Part shown: positions 1 through 12,390 of the stretch, in pieces
How positions within the stretch are numbered: the first letter of the stretch is position 1
Layout of the letters: the number at the start of each line of letters is the position of its first letter
From: Octopus bimaculoides
Lineage: Eukaryota
Reading direction: 5' to 3'
NCBI RefSeq assembly: GCF_001194135.2
Contig: NC_068982.1
Location: 130,411,776 to 130,468,981 of the forward strand
DNA: 57,206 nucleotides
Position numbers and translations under genes: made by a program
The notes under the pieces: model-generated
What the model was told of the DNA's origin: nothing
What the model saw: only the letters and a program-made list of their open reading frames with translations
Databases searched by the model: none

Positions 1-262
1 AATACTTCATTTAGAGAATTAACATTGCTTGTTTTCACCTTTTCAATATCAGTGAAGAATTTCACTGGAAAAGAAGATATAAGGTTTGCCAGGTTTTTGT
101 CTATCTCACCAAGGTCATCAGCTGTCGAACGCCGACGAAGGGAAATAACCCTGAAATCCGGATACGTTCGTGCTGCTGGTCGAGGTGAGAGGGATAACTC
201 CCTTGGCAAACAGGACACAGTCGTGTGTCGATAAGCCAGCTGGAGGAGATGTCCTCCTGGGG
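1..262 (-). CDS. Candidate internal coding exon (runs off window) of a secreted precursor protein; PDGF/VEGF-propeptide-like motif near the window edge
   Basis: The minus-strand frame is open from 281 to 3 and is absent from the ORF track because it has no stop in the window. It reads PGGHLLQLAYRHTTVSCLPRELSLSPRPAARTYPDFRVISLRRRSTADDLGEIDKNLANLISSFPVKFFTDIEKVKTSNVNSLNEV. The sequence is non-repetitive and more GC-rich than background. Acceptor gttgcttttag| lies at 263/264 (phase 1) with a CTGAC branch-like motif upstream; an alternative phase-0 acceptor ctcctccag| lies at 240/241. The product assignment is inference only. Confidence 0.6.
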
Positions 263-628
263 CTAAAAGCAACAGTAACATCCACCCCTAGGGGTCAGCC
301 ACACTTAAGTGGCAATATACTACACTTTATATATATATATATATATATATAGCAACCTCAAAATCTCTCTCATGCATCAAATACCAACAATTAAGTGAGG
401 ACTAATGGAGGTGCAGCATGATCACAGTTCCCAAGCTGAAACTAGTAAAAAAGTAAAAGAGCAAAAGACACACACATACATACACACACACACACGCGCG
501 TGCAGCACGTTTGTGTTTATAAGTTGACCAAAATGTCGACTGAAGGATACGCAGACTCCGTATGTAATCCTGGTTACCTTACAAATAACAAACATCATAT
601 GTGTGTGTGTGCATGTATGCATGTGTAT

Positions 629-667
<39 letters not shown>

Positions 668-703
668 TGTGTGTGTGTGTATTTACATACATTATACATA
701 CAA

Positions 704-735
<32 letters not shown>

Positions 736-1066
736 GCATACATCAGATGAATAAGGGGATACATAAATTAGAATCAATTACAGCTTTGATGAATGATCAT
801 GAGAAAATACGTTAGAAATAACGAAGTATTCATTTCATAGAGTATGTGGGAGCTAACAATTTGAATAGAAAGATTTGTCTTGGTTTGATCTAGCTCTCTT
901 CCAACGCATTTCCTTTGCTAAAGAACAATTAATCATTGTTCAATATGCGTTCACAAGCATACACACGCATACACAAATATGCATGGTCACACGCACACGG
1001 AAATAAATTATACACGCAAATATTTGTATAGTGATATGCAATTTGTACATATAAGCATACATACAT

Positions 1067-1103
<37 letters not shown>

Positions 1104-1160
1104 TATACATACATATATATACACACACACACACACACACAAATATACATACATATATAT

Positions 1161-1197
<37 letters not shown>

Positions 1198-2424
1198 CAC
1201 ATACATAATGTACATGTGAGAAAGAGATATCATAGGATACTGAAACAAGATTTGAACGAAGACGTTTGTTGGGAAAACTTGAACTTTAGTTTGTAAATCA
1301 AAGACCATAAGTTTAAATTATAGTAAACTGTCTTTATAAATAGTGCAGAACGAATGAAATAAATGTCAACTTCATATACCGTAAATTATATTTTGAACAG
1401 ATCTTGCAAAAAGAAAAAAAAAAAAATAAATGTCATTGATATTGATATGGTAACGTGTATTGCATTAAAGGAATCGATACTAGATGTGTCGAAACAATTG
1501 TGATTAATCATAGATTCTATCTTTCGTCTTTCATTTGCCAGATATANNNNNNNNNNNNNNNNNNNNNNNNNNNNNNNNNNNNNNNNNNNNNNNNNNNNNN
1601 NNNNNNNNNNNNNNNNNNNNNNNNNNNNNNNNNNNNNNNNNNNNNNNNNNNNNNNNNNNNNNNNNNNNNNNNNNNNNNNNNNNNNNNNNNNNNNNNNNNN
1701 NNNNNNNNNNNNNNNNNNNNNNNNNNNNNNNNNNNNNNNNNNNNNNNNNNNNNNNNNNNNNNNNNNNNNNNNNNNNNNNNNNNNNNNNNNNNNNNNNNNN
1801 NNNNNNNNNNNNNACATTCATGAACAGCGATTTGCAAATCTCAACATAAATTACAAACACATGTGAACATTGAAGAAACAGTCATACGTATTTCCTTATA
1901 TAGAAAAAATTTTCAAACACACATGCAGATATGCAAATATATGCATATGAGTAAGAGATAACGTCTGGTAACGCTACAAAACGGGTATAAGAAAATATAT
2001 TTATATACACAGTCGGATTAATCATTAAGCACGTGCTTAGGGCCCCCAGAGGAAGAGGAAAACACTAAAGCTTTTTTTTCCAGTGCCGGATTTGCCTTAC
2101 GTAAAATGTGCAGCTGATTCAGAGCTTCATCAAACGTGGTCTAAAATATCAAGCACACACACGCACGGGTCTCCCTTCCACACACAGAGCCAACCTACGC
2201 TGCTTTTATGGATAGACATAGAAACATTGTATACAGCATTTGTTGTTCTATTCCCGATGATATTGCATAGGATAAAGTATTTCTATATATACACACATTG
2301 TGTCCCTACATAGAGTTTTGGCTAAAAATGTAGAGATATATTTTATAATATAGGACAGAAACAAACTGTTGATGCAACATTAACAAATACAGTAATAACA
2401 AGAATATTAACAAAGATAACAACC

Positions 2425-2636
2425 CTTTCCATTATAGGCACAAAATCTGAAATTTTGGAGAAGAAGGTTTGTCGATTTCATCAGACCCAGTACTCAACTG
2501 GTACAATTTTTTCGACTCCGAAAGGATGAAAGGCAAAGTCGACCTCAGCGGAATTTGAACCCAGGATGTAAAGACAGACGAAATACCGCTAAGCATTTCG
2601 CCCGGTGTGCTAACGTTTCAGCCAGCTCGCCGCCCT
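2425..2636 (-). mobile_element. tRNA-headed SINE, family A
   Basis: Reverse complement reads ggcggcgagctggctgaaacgttagcacaccgggcgaaatgcttagcgg...gggttcaaattccgctgaggtcgactttgcctttcatcc. It has A/B-box-like motifs, and more than 10 copies occur in the window. Confidence 0.85.
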
Positions 2637-3199
2637 ATGTGAAATTATTATAGTTACAAGTCTGACCTTGAGGAAGCCTAGAAGAAAACTATAATTTTAA
2701 TCTAGTATTTCACATTCATATTAATTACGCAACGGAAAATGTCGGGAATAAAGTATTGTTGGACTGTGCTCAGGGCAATAGTTAGCCTTAATCAGGCTTG
2801 ATACAGGGCTATCCACAAAGCTAGGTGATCTCTCTCTTTCTCATTATGCCGATATGTACACATAATTATGCATTTTATCACATTCATATGTGTGCATATT
2901 CACTACCTTACACACACATTATATATCTGTACATGCACACAGTCAGGTGTGTGTTTGTGTGTGAAAATACATACACGTACACCTGTACAGGCATACCTGC
3001 ACAAAAGAATGTGAGCGGGATCAGTTTTTAAGCAATTTTTATAGCTGTTTTATTATAAATCAAAAATGCATAAAACCTGAAGATCATGCAGAAATCCTTC
3101 TAGAAATATGGAGGTTCTTAATTTTCTTTATTTTGCTCAATTATTTAGTCAAACTATCAGATCGTTTCTTGCACCAAAAAATGACATTATCGTTCAGTT

Positions 3200-3420
3200 C
3201 ATGTTTCACATTTTACCAAAGTGGATCAGCGTTTACAAATTTCCTTCCAATAATTCTGTACGCGATACATGGCCAAATATTCTCTATAGGCCTCAACATA
3301 GTTTTCAGGCGCTTTTTCTTTCACAACTGTTCGATGTTTTTGCGGCATAAACAGGATAAACGAATTCTTTGTTCTTTAACTCGTGAAAATAATTTTTGCA
3401 GACTGGGAAATGATCCTCCG
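3200..3420 (+). pseudogene. Possible degenerate THAP-domain remnant (DNA transposon N-terminus)
   Basis: ISVYKFPSNNSVRDTWPNILYR resembles the THAP 'FP...R..W' segment, but the C2CH ligands are not intact. Confidence 0.25.
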
Positions 3421-4070
3421 CTAACACTTTTAAGTATTTTCATACCAGCAATTTACTGTTTAGATTTTGTAAGCTTACCAACACCTGCAGTTGAAGATGC
3501 ACCCCATGCCACGATTCCCTCTCCCAGTTTCACAGCTGTTGAAATAAACTAGGATTGGAATTTCTCACCAGCTGTGTGAAGGCGATATTCTGGATATTCC
3601 CTACAAATCACAAATTTTGATTCATCACTCCAAAGGACTTTCTGCACAGCAGTTCGAAATACTGTTACCATATTTGGCCAAAAGCTATAACCAGTCTTTA
3701 ATGTTTTTCTTAAGTAAATAGAAACATTTTAGAACATCTTTTAGTGGCAAAACCAACAATGTTATGATACTGTCCTTCTGGGAAGAGGCTGGTTTTCGGT
3801 ATTTTTTTCCCGTCTATGTAGAACTAAGAATATCAGCCTTCAGTCATGTATACTTGTATTAGTTATAGACTTTTATTATCCATTGAAGTAGAACCAGTTC
3901 TCTGAGTGTGCAGATACACCCTCTTTATGGAAGATAAAGAAATAAGCATTTCTTCTTCGGTAGCATATGGAATTCAGAATATGTTTTGCTTACTTCATGA
4001 CGAATGGTAATTTGATTTTTAATACGAACATCAGCATGGAATTAGTTTTTCTGTGAAGACCTATCTACCA
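3400..4070 (-). pseudogene. Degenerate Tc1-family transposase
   Basis: Minus-strand translation across stops and frameshifts gives RTGS..TSIHD*RL, GFATKRCSKMFLFT*EKH*RL, KVLWSDESKF (3613-3642; first catalytic D) and VKLGEGIVAWGASSTAGVGKL (compare Tc1 VKHGGGSVMVWGCFS..GVG). No TIRs were recognised. Confidence 0.7.
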
Positions 4071-5094
4071 CAAAAAAAGAAAGTATAACTTAATCTAGCT
4101 ATCCAGTTTGTAACACAATATTTTCTCCTAGAATTTACAGCTATTCTCTGAAACTGGAATATCTGTAGTAAGATTTATATTGAATTTTATTAAAAAAAAA
4201 AACAAAAATAAAAAATAAAAATGTATATATAATATCTGGCCGATAACATCCTGCAGTTTAAGTATCAAATCCCGCCGAGGTTAAGTGCGCCTTTCATCCT
4301 TTCATGGTCGAGAAATAAATAAACGAATAAATAAATAAATAAAATCTCTCCAGAATGGTGGAATGGCAGAACTGTTAGGGTCAGACTTCGCTCTAGATGC
4401 AACGCAAGCAATATCGGCCCTTCCCAGTACGCTTTCCTTTCAATAAACTCCGGTATAAAGAGAAAGAAGACGTGCATGCATAAGCAACTGCCAGTCTTTC
4501 TCAAAAACATGCCTAATCATTCCACGCAGATGGGGACCCTGTATACATACATACATACATACATACATACATGCATACATATGCACTCGTCCAAAGGTCC
4601 CAGCCATCTCGTTTAGAGTAAGGACAATGTACAGCCATAGCTTAGGATTCAGCTAATATCCCTGCGAAAAACCTGAGAGACCAACATGGAATAGGGTATA
4701 TCTTTCCATGAAGAACCTTAACCTTCTTCCCCAAAAATCTATATCACAAGAAGCTAAAAGAGAGCAGCAATATCAAGCTCCCCATTTCACCTGTCAACCA
4801 CTAGAAAACGGCCATTGAAAAGCTGATGATACTGAAGGTGCTCCATCATGGCCACATTTTTACATCTTGTGCTTTGAGACGCATGAAAGAATATATATAT
4901 ATATATANNNNNNNNNNNNNNNNNNNNNNNNNNNNNNNNNNNNNNNNNNNNNNNNNNNNNNNNNNNNNNNNNNNNNNNNNNNNNNNNNNNNNNNNNNNNN
5001 NNNNNNNNNNNNNNNNNNNNNNNNNNNNNNNNNNNNNNNNNNNNNNNNNNNNNNNNNNNNNNNNNNNNNNNNNNNNNNNNNNNNNATATATATC

Positions 5095-5245
5095 TTTGAA
5101 GTTTATAGAAAAACAAAAGACGAAGAAGGTTTGTGAACAACAAGTAAGTGTATTTGTTTGATGCTCGGGAAAGTGAAAAGGTCTTTTACGTTTCGAGCCT
5201 ACACTCTTCAACAGAAAGGAATAAGAGAAAATAAACAGAAAATTG
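5095..5245 (-). mobile_element. Penelope-like element terminal-repeat fragment carrying a hammerhead-like motif
   Basis: Same architecture as 7600-7890: pyrimidine tract, CTGNNGA-a-stem-GAAACGTA, then gagc/aatac and ttgttg tract. Hammerhead-bearing terminal repeats are an established feature of PLEs. Confidence 0.55.
5183..5218 (-). ncRNA. Minimal type I hammerhead-like motif with variant core (CUGUUGA)
   Basis: Reverse complement: cttt CTGTTGA a gagt-gtag-gctc GAAA c GTA aaag. Stem I cttt/aaag, stem II gagt/gctc, palindromic ACGT stem III, GUA cleavage triplet. Confidence 0.5.
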
Positions 5246-5395
5246 ACATGTATATGCTATTAATGCTGCAAACATTATCTATGTAGGACTCAATGATGCA
5301 TTGCAAGCAGCTGCCTGGCGAAAATCCATCAGACTGTCATTTTTGGACATGACAAATGCACACACTCACGCAAACATAGACATGCACATATAGTA

Positions 5396-5502
<107 letters not shown>

Positions 5503-5934
5503 GTGTTTGCTTATGTGCGTGTGTACTCCAGCCTCTCTCTGATGTGATCGTTGCCCAGCAAGTAATTATATGTATTTGCCAGTGTGTATGTGCGTGTGTG
5601 TGTGTGTGTGTGTGTATGTATGTGTGTGTGTATGTGTGTTTGTGTGTGTGCGTGGGTGTATACTCTTACGCTATAATTACACGAACAGTCAGGGTATATT
5701 CATATCATTCATGCATTCCTAGAGGAATTCATATAAACCAGTGTATTTATAGTCATAGACTCATGTACACACGCAGACAAGTCATATTTAAACGTACACA
5801 ATCCACTAAATCTATGTATGATACTTTCATACGTAAAGCCTACCTGAAAGAATGTGCTACAAGAGAGTGAGTGTTCTGTCACTATAAAGGGGATAGTTTC
5901 TTTTTCTGCTTCCTCATACATACACACACTTTCA

Positions 5935-5980
<46 letters not shown>

Positions 5981-6214
5981 AGCACGCGCACGCACAAAAA
6001 CACACACACATCTATACACACGCACACACAAATACACACACACACATTTTCTCTTTTCCTCTCAGCGTTCCATTAGTCTATCTATTAGTTTTCTCGTTTT
6101 TTAAAGGTCGACCTGCTTAATTGTGTTCGACGTATAAGTTATTAACTACAAGTTGAGAACAAGTAAAAAGTTCCTGAGAAGTGAAAGAGAGTGAGCGAGA
6201 GAGGAGAAAGAATG

Positions 6215-6249
<35 letters not shown>

Positions 6250-6710
6250 TGCGATTAAATTGTGCATCTTTCATGAAGACATAAACTCCCTAATAGGTAA
6301 CATGCCGTCGTCCTGTTTACCTTTACTACCGTTAAACTGTTTACATAAGCATTAGGTAATTGTTATATGGAAACGAAGACAGTGTAAATGCTGTAATCTT
6401 AATCCAAGCCCCCTCAGAAACATTGTGCGTTCTGATTTTCCAAGAGGAACTAATTCAGATCCAGTTCAATCAAAGGTCTCTCTCTCTCTCTCTCTCTCTC
6501 CCCTCTCTCTCTCTTTCTCTCTCTCTTACATACACACACATACACACACTTTCTGTAGCTTTGCCTACAAAATAACATCAGGACCTTTCTGCTTTTTTCT
6601 TTTCTTTTTTCTTTTCTTGATGTGTGTATGTTTGCATGAGTGAGTGAGGGAGAAAGAGAGAGGTATCTGTTATTCATAGGTTTTCACATCTGAGGTTATG
6701 AACCCTAAAT

Positions 6711-6881
6711 ATTCTTTTCTACTCTAGGCACAAGGCCCGAAATTTTGGGGAAGGGGGTCAGTCGATTAGATCGACCGCAGTACGCAACTGGTACTTAATT
6801 TATCGATTCAGAAAGGATGAAAAGCAAAGTCGACCGCGGCAGAATTTGAACTCAGAACATAAAAACAGAATAAATGTTGCT
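6711..6881 (-). mobile_element. SINE family A (5' end lost in gap)
   Basis: Central gtcgac...gaatttgaactcagaac segment plus ctaggcacaaggcccgaaatttt tail. Confidence 0.85.
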
Positions 6882-7544
6882 NNNNNNNNNNNNNNNNNNN
6901 NNNNNNNNNNNNNNNNNNNNNNNNNNNNNNNNNNNNNNNNNNNNNNNNNNNNNNNNNNNNNNNNNNNNNNNNNNNNNNNNNNNNNNNNNNNNNNNNNNNN
7001 NNNNNNNNNNNNNNNNNNNNNNNNNNNNNNNNNNNNNNNNNNNNNNNNNNNNNNNNNNNNNNNNNNNNNNNNNNNNNNNNNNNNNNNNNNNNNNNNNNNN
7101 NNNNNNNNNNNNNNNNNNNNNNNNNNNNNNNNNNNNNNNNNNNNNNNNNNNNNNNNNNNNNNNNNNNNNNNNNNNNNNNNNNNNNNNNNNNNNNNNNNNN
7201 NNNNNNNNNNNNNNNNNNNNNNNNNNNNNNNNNNNNNNNNNNNNNNNNNNNNNNNNNNNNNNNNNNNNNNNNNNNNNNNNNNNNNNNNNNNNNNNNNNNN
7301 NNNNNNNNNNNNNNNNNNNNNNNNNNNNNNNNNNNNNNNNNNNNNNNNNNNNNNNNNNNNNNNNNNNNNNNNNNNNNNNNNNNNNNNNNNNNNNNNNNNN
7401 NNNNNNNNNNNNNNNNNNNNNNNNNNNNNNNNNNNNNNNNNNNNNNNNNNNNNNNNNNNNNNNNNNNNNNNNNNNNNNNNNNNNNNNATATATATATATA
7501 TATATATATATATGATTATGCATATAAATATACATACCTACATA

Positions 7545-7576
<32 letters not shown>

Positions 7577-7599
7577 AATACAATCCAAAAAAGCAAAGA

Positions 7600-7890
7600 A
7601 AAAAACACAAGAAAAAAACAACAACGCGAGGACGTGGTACATGCAAAGTATTAATAAGACGATTAGGAAAGGAAAGAAAGGGTGTTTTACGTTTCGAGCA
7701 AGGCTCTTCTTCAGAAACAGGCGACAGAGAAAAGACCAACACAAGATAAAGACGGATGAAAAAAATCGCCAACAATCCACATGTAGTTATATTTTCCGAC
7801 TGGCTATGGAGTACCTAATCCGCGGAATTCTTTCTACCATCGGATTACATTACCATATTCATTCGGAGTACGCCATTTCTGCACCTTATT
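7600..7890 (-). mobile_element. Penelope-like element terminal-repeat fragment carrying a hammerhead motif
   Basis: Contains the canonical minimal hammerhead at 7683-7719; flanks parallel those of the 5095-5245 fragment. Confidence 0.6.
7683..7719 (-). ncRNA. Minimal type I hammerhead ribozyme motif
   Basis: Reverse complement: tgttt CTGAAGA a gagc-ctt-gctc GAAA c GTA aaaca. Intact CUGANGA and GAAA boxes, 5-bp stem I, 4-bp stem II, palindromic ACGT stem III. Predicted cut between 7688 and 7687. Confidence 0.7.
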
Positions 7891-9017
7891 TATACATACA
7901 CACACATAAATATATACATACATACATATAAATACATACATATATACACATGTATATACATAGATACATACATTTATATATACATATATATATGTATATA
8001 TATANNNNNNNNNNNNNNNNNNNNNNNNNNNNNNNNNNNNNNNNNNNNNNNNNNNNNNNNNNNNNNNNNNNNNNNNNNNNNNNNNNNNNNNNNNNNNNNN
8101 NNNNNNNNNNNNNNNNNNNNNNNNNNNNNNNNNNNNNNNNNNNNNNNNNNNNNNNNNNNNNNNNNNNNNNNNNNNNNNNNNNNNNNNNNNNNNNNNNNNN
8201 NNNNNNNNNNNNNNNNNNNNNNNNNNNNNNNNNNNNNNNNNNNNNNNNNNNNNNNNNNNNNNNNNNNNNNNNNNNNNNNNNNNNNNNNNNNNNNNNNNNN
8301 NNNNNNNNNNNNNNNNNNNNNNNNNNNNNNNNNNNNNNNNNNNNNNNNNNNNNNNNNNNNNNNNNNNNNNNNNNNNNNNNNNNNNNNNNNNNNNNNNNNN
8401 NNNNNNNNNNNNNNNNNNNNNNNNNNNNNNNNNNNNNNNNNNNNNNNNNNNNNNNNNNNNNNNNNNNNNNNNNNNNNNNNNNNNNNNNNNNNNNNNNNNN
8501 NNNNNNNNNNNNNNNNNNNNNNNNNNNNNNNNNNNNNNNNNNNNNNNNNNNNNNNNNNNNNNNNNNNNNNNNNNNNNNNNNNNNNNNNNNNNNNNNNNNN
8601 NNNNNNNNNNNNNNNNNNNNNNNNNNNNNNNNNNNNNNNNNNNNNNNNNNNNNNNNNNNNNNNNNNNNNNNNNNNNNNNNNNNNNNNNNNNNNNNNNNNN
8701 NNNNNNNNNNNNNNNNNNNNNNNNNNNNNNNNNNNNNNNNNNNNNNNNNNNNNNNNNNNNNNNNNNNNNNNNNNNNNNNNNNNNNNNNNNNNNNNNNNNN
8801 NNNNNNNNNNNNNNNNNNNNNNNNNNNNNNNNNNNNNNNNNNNNNNNNNNNNNNNNNNNNNNNNNNNNNNNNNNNNNNNNNNNNNNNNNNNNNNNNNNNN
8901 NNNNNNNNNNNNNNNNNNATATATATATATATAAATATATATATTATCATGTGTGTGTGTGTGTGTGTATAGACGGATATACATGTATATGTATTAAATA
9001 TATGAATGAAAACTTAC

Positions 9018-9096
9018 GTGACAGGTAAAAAAGGCAAATTAAAATCCATCTCGGCGACGGCAGCAGCGGTATAGTCCGACTTCTTAACTCTATCAT
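9018..9096 (-). CDS. Candidate first coding exon encoding a signal-peptide-like N-terminus (MIELRSRTIPLLPSPRWILICLFYLS)
   Basis: ATG at 9096-9094 with A at -3, then 26 codons plus 1 nt and a perfect GTAAGT donor (9017-9012). It encodes a basic n-region followed by hydrophobic WILICLFYL and sits in a locally CpG-enriched patch. Its phase 1 matches the acceptor at 263. Confidence 0.5.
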
Positions 9097-9151
9097 CTTA
9101 CACGCACTTCTTCGGACATGCCAAGCACAACAGATAACGCGGAGATAGGTT

Positions 9152-9190
<39 letters not shown>

Positions 9191-9540
9191 TCACAGACGG
9201 ATGAACTGGCTGACTAGAAAGGACGGACGGAAGAAGAAAGTATGAAAAAAAAGAGTTCGATAAATGAAATGAGTGATAGAATGAGAGAGGAATGAGAAAT
9301 AAAGTACTAGAAACAAATAAATAGGGAAAAAGTTCCGAGAGAAAACGCAGCCGTTGGGTTTAATAGAGGAGCACGGGACTGCGGGACTGCGTTAAATGCT
9401 CCTTGCTGTTTTCTGCTTTTAAGTTTTGTTGAGTGAGCCAGTTGACTACTACCGCTACTCTCCCACTAGTAGATTACGGAACCGTATACAGAATGAGGCC
9501 GTCCTGTTTTGTTGTACAGGCGTGTTACTTGTGTAGCGAT
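9040..9540 (-). promoter_or_regulatory. CpG-enriched unique segment; possible 5'UTR/promoter of the minus-strand gene
   Basis: Many CG dinucleotides (tcggcgacggcagcagcgg, cacgggactgcgggactgcg, ccgttggg) in non-repeat sequence directly upstream of the candidate ATG. No TSS can be placed. Confidence 0.3.
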
Positions 9541-10079
9541 GTATTTCCTCAATGAAGTGTGTGTGTGAGTGAGCGTGTGTGTTTGCAACTACTTGTAAAC
9601 GTATGTGCATTTATCAACACATGGTTGAACTATGTTGCATAGTTTTTTAGTTACACACGCACATATACATACGAACACAATACATGTTTATTCATACAGT
9701 CCTATACATGTAAACTCATGCATAAGTCAATACACATGTTAATACGTATATTTACATACATATGTATACAAACATTCCAATACTAATGCTTTTAAGTACA
9801 TATACATACATACACACACACACACACACATACACAAACAGGCGCAAGAACAGAAACACACGCGTAAATACCCAAACAAATATTTAGTGCCGATGCATGC
9901 GCATATAACAGTGTACGTATGGTAGAATTTCTACCTGACCCTAATCCTTCCACCTGATGTTCACTACTATTTGGAAATAGGGGTGGAATAATAACGGGAC
10001 ATGAGATCTACACGGCCTTTATACCCCGACACCTCATTTCCCACCTGTGTTATTACCAACACGTCCCCTGCCATTTACT

Positions 10080-10317
10080 CAGCTCACCCTTATGACATAT
10101 TGCCGCCTGTAACTCTACCACCCACACCATACTGCTAAACATTGTCACTACCTCTACCAATACTACCGAAGAAGCCTCTATGTGTGCGAGTGGCCGATTA
10201 AAAATAACAGCTAAATTCACTGAAATTATAACCTTCAAGCAAAAAAAAAAAAAAAAAATGCCGGGTCTGTCACGGCTGGAGTGCTTTTGAGCTGCTGGAT
10301 CTGAGATGTGTTGGAGA

Positions 10318-10357
<40 letters not shown>

Positions 10358-11009
10358 GCCGCAACACAACTGATTCAAGCGTTTGAACAACCAGCACCAC
10401 TGACAACAAAAACCCCAACCACTACCACACTCTGATCTTATCGCTACCACCGATACGATTCCACCACTGCCAACACTGTCAGTAATACAACTAGCATCAC
10501 TACCACGCTACCCTTACGTTTTCTCCTTCTCCACTACCTCCACCACCACCACCACCACCACCACCACCACCACCGTAGCCAACAACAACAAAACACTATC
10601 ATCATGCTACTTCTTCAGTACCACCACTGTTACGTATAGACGGCTACCACCATCTCTATACCACCAAAGACTACCTAGCATCTAAATGTTATTCTTACCG
10701 TCTTACGTCCAGCTTACCTTTTCTTAGTTACAATTATTACTAATTCACTAACCTTCCTCGTTGGCTCAACGCGAAAGCCTCTGCGTAGGCGCTCGGTCAA
10801 TTAAAAATAGCAACCAAATTTCCTTTTAATCATATACTATTTTAAATTATGGAAGGCCGTATTTACTGATGAGGTTCTGGGAACAATGTAGATTGTATGA
10901 TTAAAAAAAAAATGACGGAAGGAACACATCTGGAACATCCTTGATCATATATCTGCAAGATTAAGACTACCTACTGATGACTAAACAACAACAACAACTA
11001 CTACTACTG

Positions 11010-11048
<39 letters not shown>

Positions 11049-11380
11049 AAACAACCACTACCACCGTTATCACAAGAACTAATCTACTGCGATACTATCC
11101 GCAGTCATATCCTACACCACCAGAGATAGCATTAACTGTACCACCACAACCACTATCACCATCACCATCACCATCGTTTCCACCACAATTACTATTACTA
11201 CCAGCAAACAACCCTCCTCCACAACCACCACCACCACCACCACCATTACCCACCATCAGCACCCATATCGTTTATATTTTCTCGCCCACCTCCTCCACAA
11301 CCATTACCAGCACTGTCATCGTCACCACCATCATCTGTTCCCGTCTACAGTCAGCCACCTCTACGACCATTACCTCGTCT
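10080..11380. repeat. Degenerate (ACT)n/(ACC)n trinucleotide low-complexity region
   Basis: Pure runs at about 10318-10356, 10540-10575 and 11000-11047, embedded in decayed ACC/ACT repeats. Confidence 0.9.
10780..10970. mobile_element. Interspersed repeat family C (unclassified, probably retroposon); other copies at about 28195-28370, 30600-30690 and 54815-55035
   Basis: Shared motif tatgatcaaagg/aactatccagttgtgacc/gatccc.tcttt and gctgctatt.ctagcagg-like segments occur in both orientations. Confidence 0.65.
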
Positions 11381-11588
11381 TACCTAAATTGTTATCGAAG
11401 CGTAACTAGACTATAACGAAAGGTGTCGTCTGACCAATATTTACTTACACACACCATTGTGTCGCTGAAACATCGTACCCACCGCACACTAAGACACTCA
11501 CTCCTTTGCCCTAAACATTCAACGAGTGCTTCATGTTTTACCGGTCCTACCGAGGAACCTGTTGAATGATTGTTATGGACAGCTGAGT

Positions 11589-11667
<79 letters not shown>

Positions 11668-11720
11668 CACACACGCACGCACACTAATTTATTGGATGAT
11701 CAGAAGGTACACAGAATATA

Positions 11721-11759
<39 letters not shown>

Positions 11760-12318
11760 CGTATTATATGGAACTAAGTCATCCTGTTAGTAAATACAAC
11801 TCTAACGAAATACGTTGAATACTGCTTTGGTTTATTCAGCCACTAATATATATACGTATACACCATTACACACGCATGTGTGTATCATTGTAAATAAGGG
11901 CGCCGAGGTGAAAGTATTTCTTCTGAATCTCATCTCTTCTGAGTATTTCAAAGCGACTTTGTTCAACTTTGTCTTTCTTGTTGCATTAAGATTTAACCAA
12001 AATCTAGCGAGAGTTTTTGTCTACTAATTGTGTGAATAATCTCCTCTAATCAAAGGTTTTCAGCTTACTGTATTACTTCATATAAAACCCTGGGCATTTT
12101 TGTCCAAAAATACATCCAAAAACCAGATCCACCATTTCAACGATTTCTAAATAACTTTAGGCAGAAGTATTGTTAGACACTTTGCTTTATATCACTAGTG
12201 GTATAAAAAAAAAACCCTTCAAGACGGTGCCCCAGCATGACTGCAGTCAAATGACTGAAACAAATAGATGATAAAAGGTACATACATGCGAGCGCTCACA
12301 CATACCCAAGATAATATA

Positions 12319-12390
<72 letters not shown>

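Noticed and set aside
25-352. Plus-strand ORFs 25-234 and 170-352
   Set aside because: They are antisense shadows of the longer open minus-strand frame, which has splice signals and a more protein-like sequence.
2010-2190. Possible hAT-type MITE ends (cagtcggatta…, cagtgccggattt…)
   Set aside because: Both motifs are in the same orientation, with no matching inverted end or 8-bp TSD.
3077-3100. CTGAAGA…GAAA hammerhead candidate (also CTGATGA at 4824, 10866, 10975 and 23360)
   Set aside because: No valid stem II and/or no GAAA box and stem I closure.
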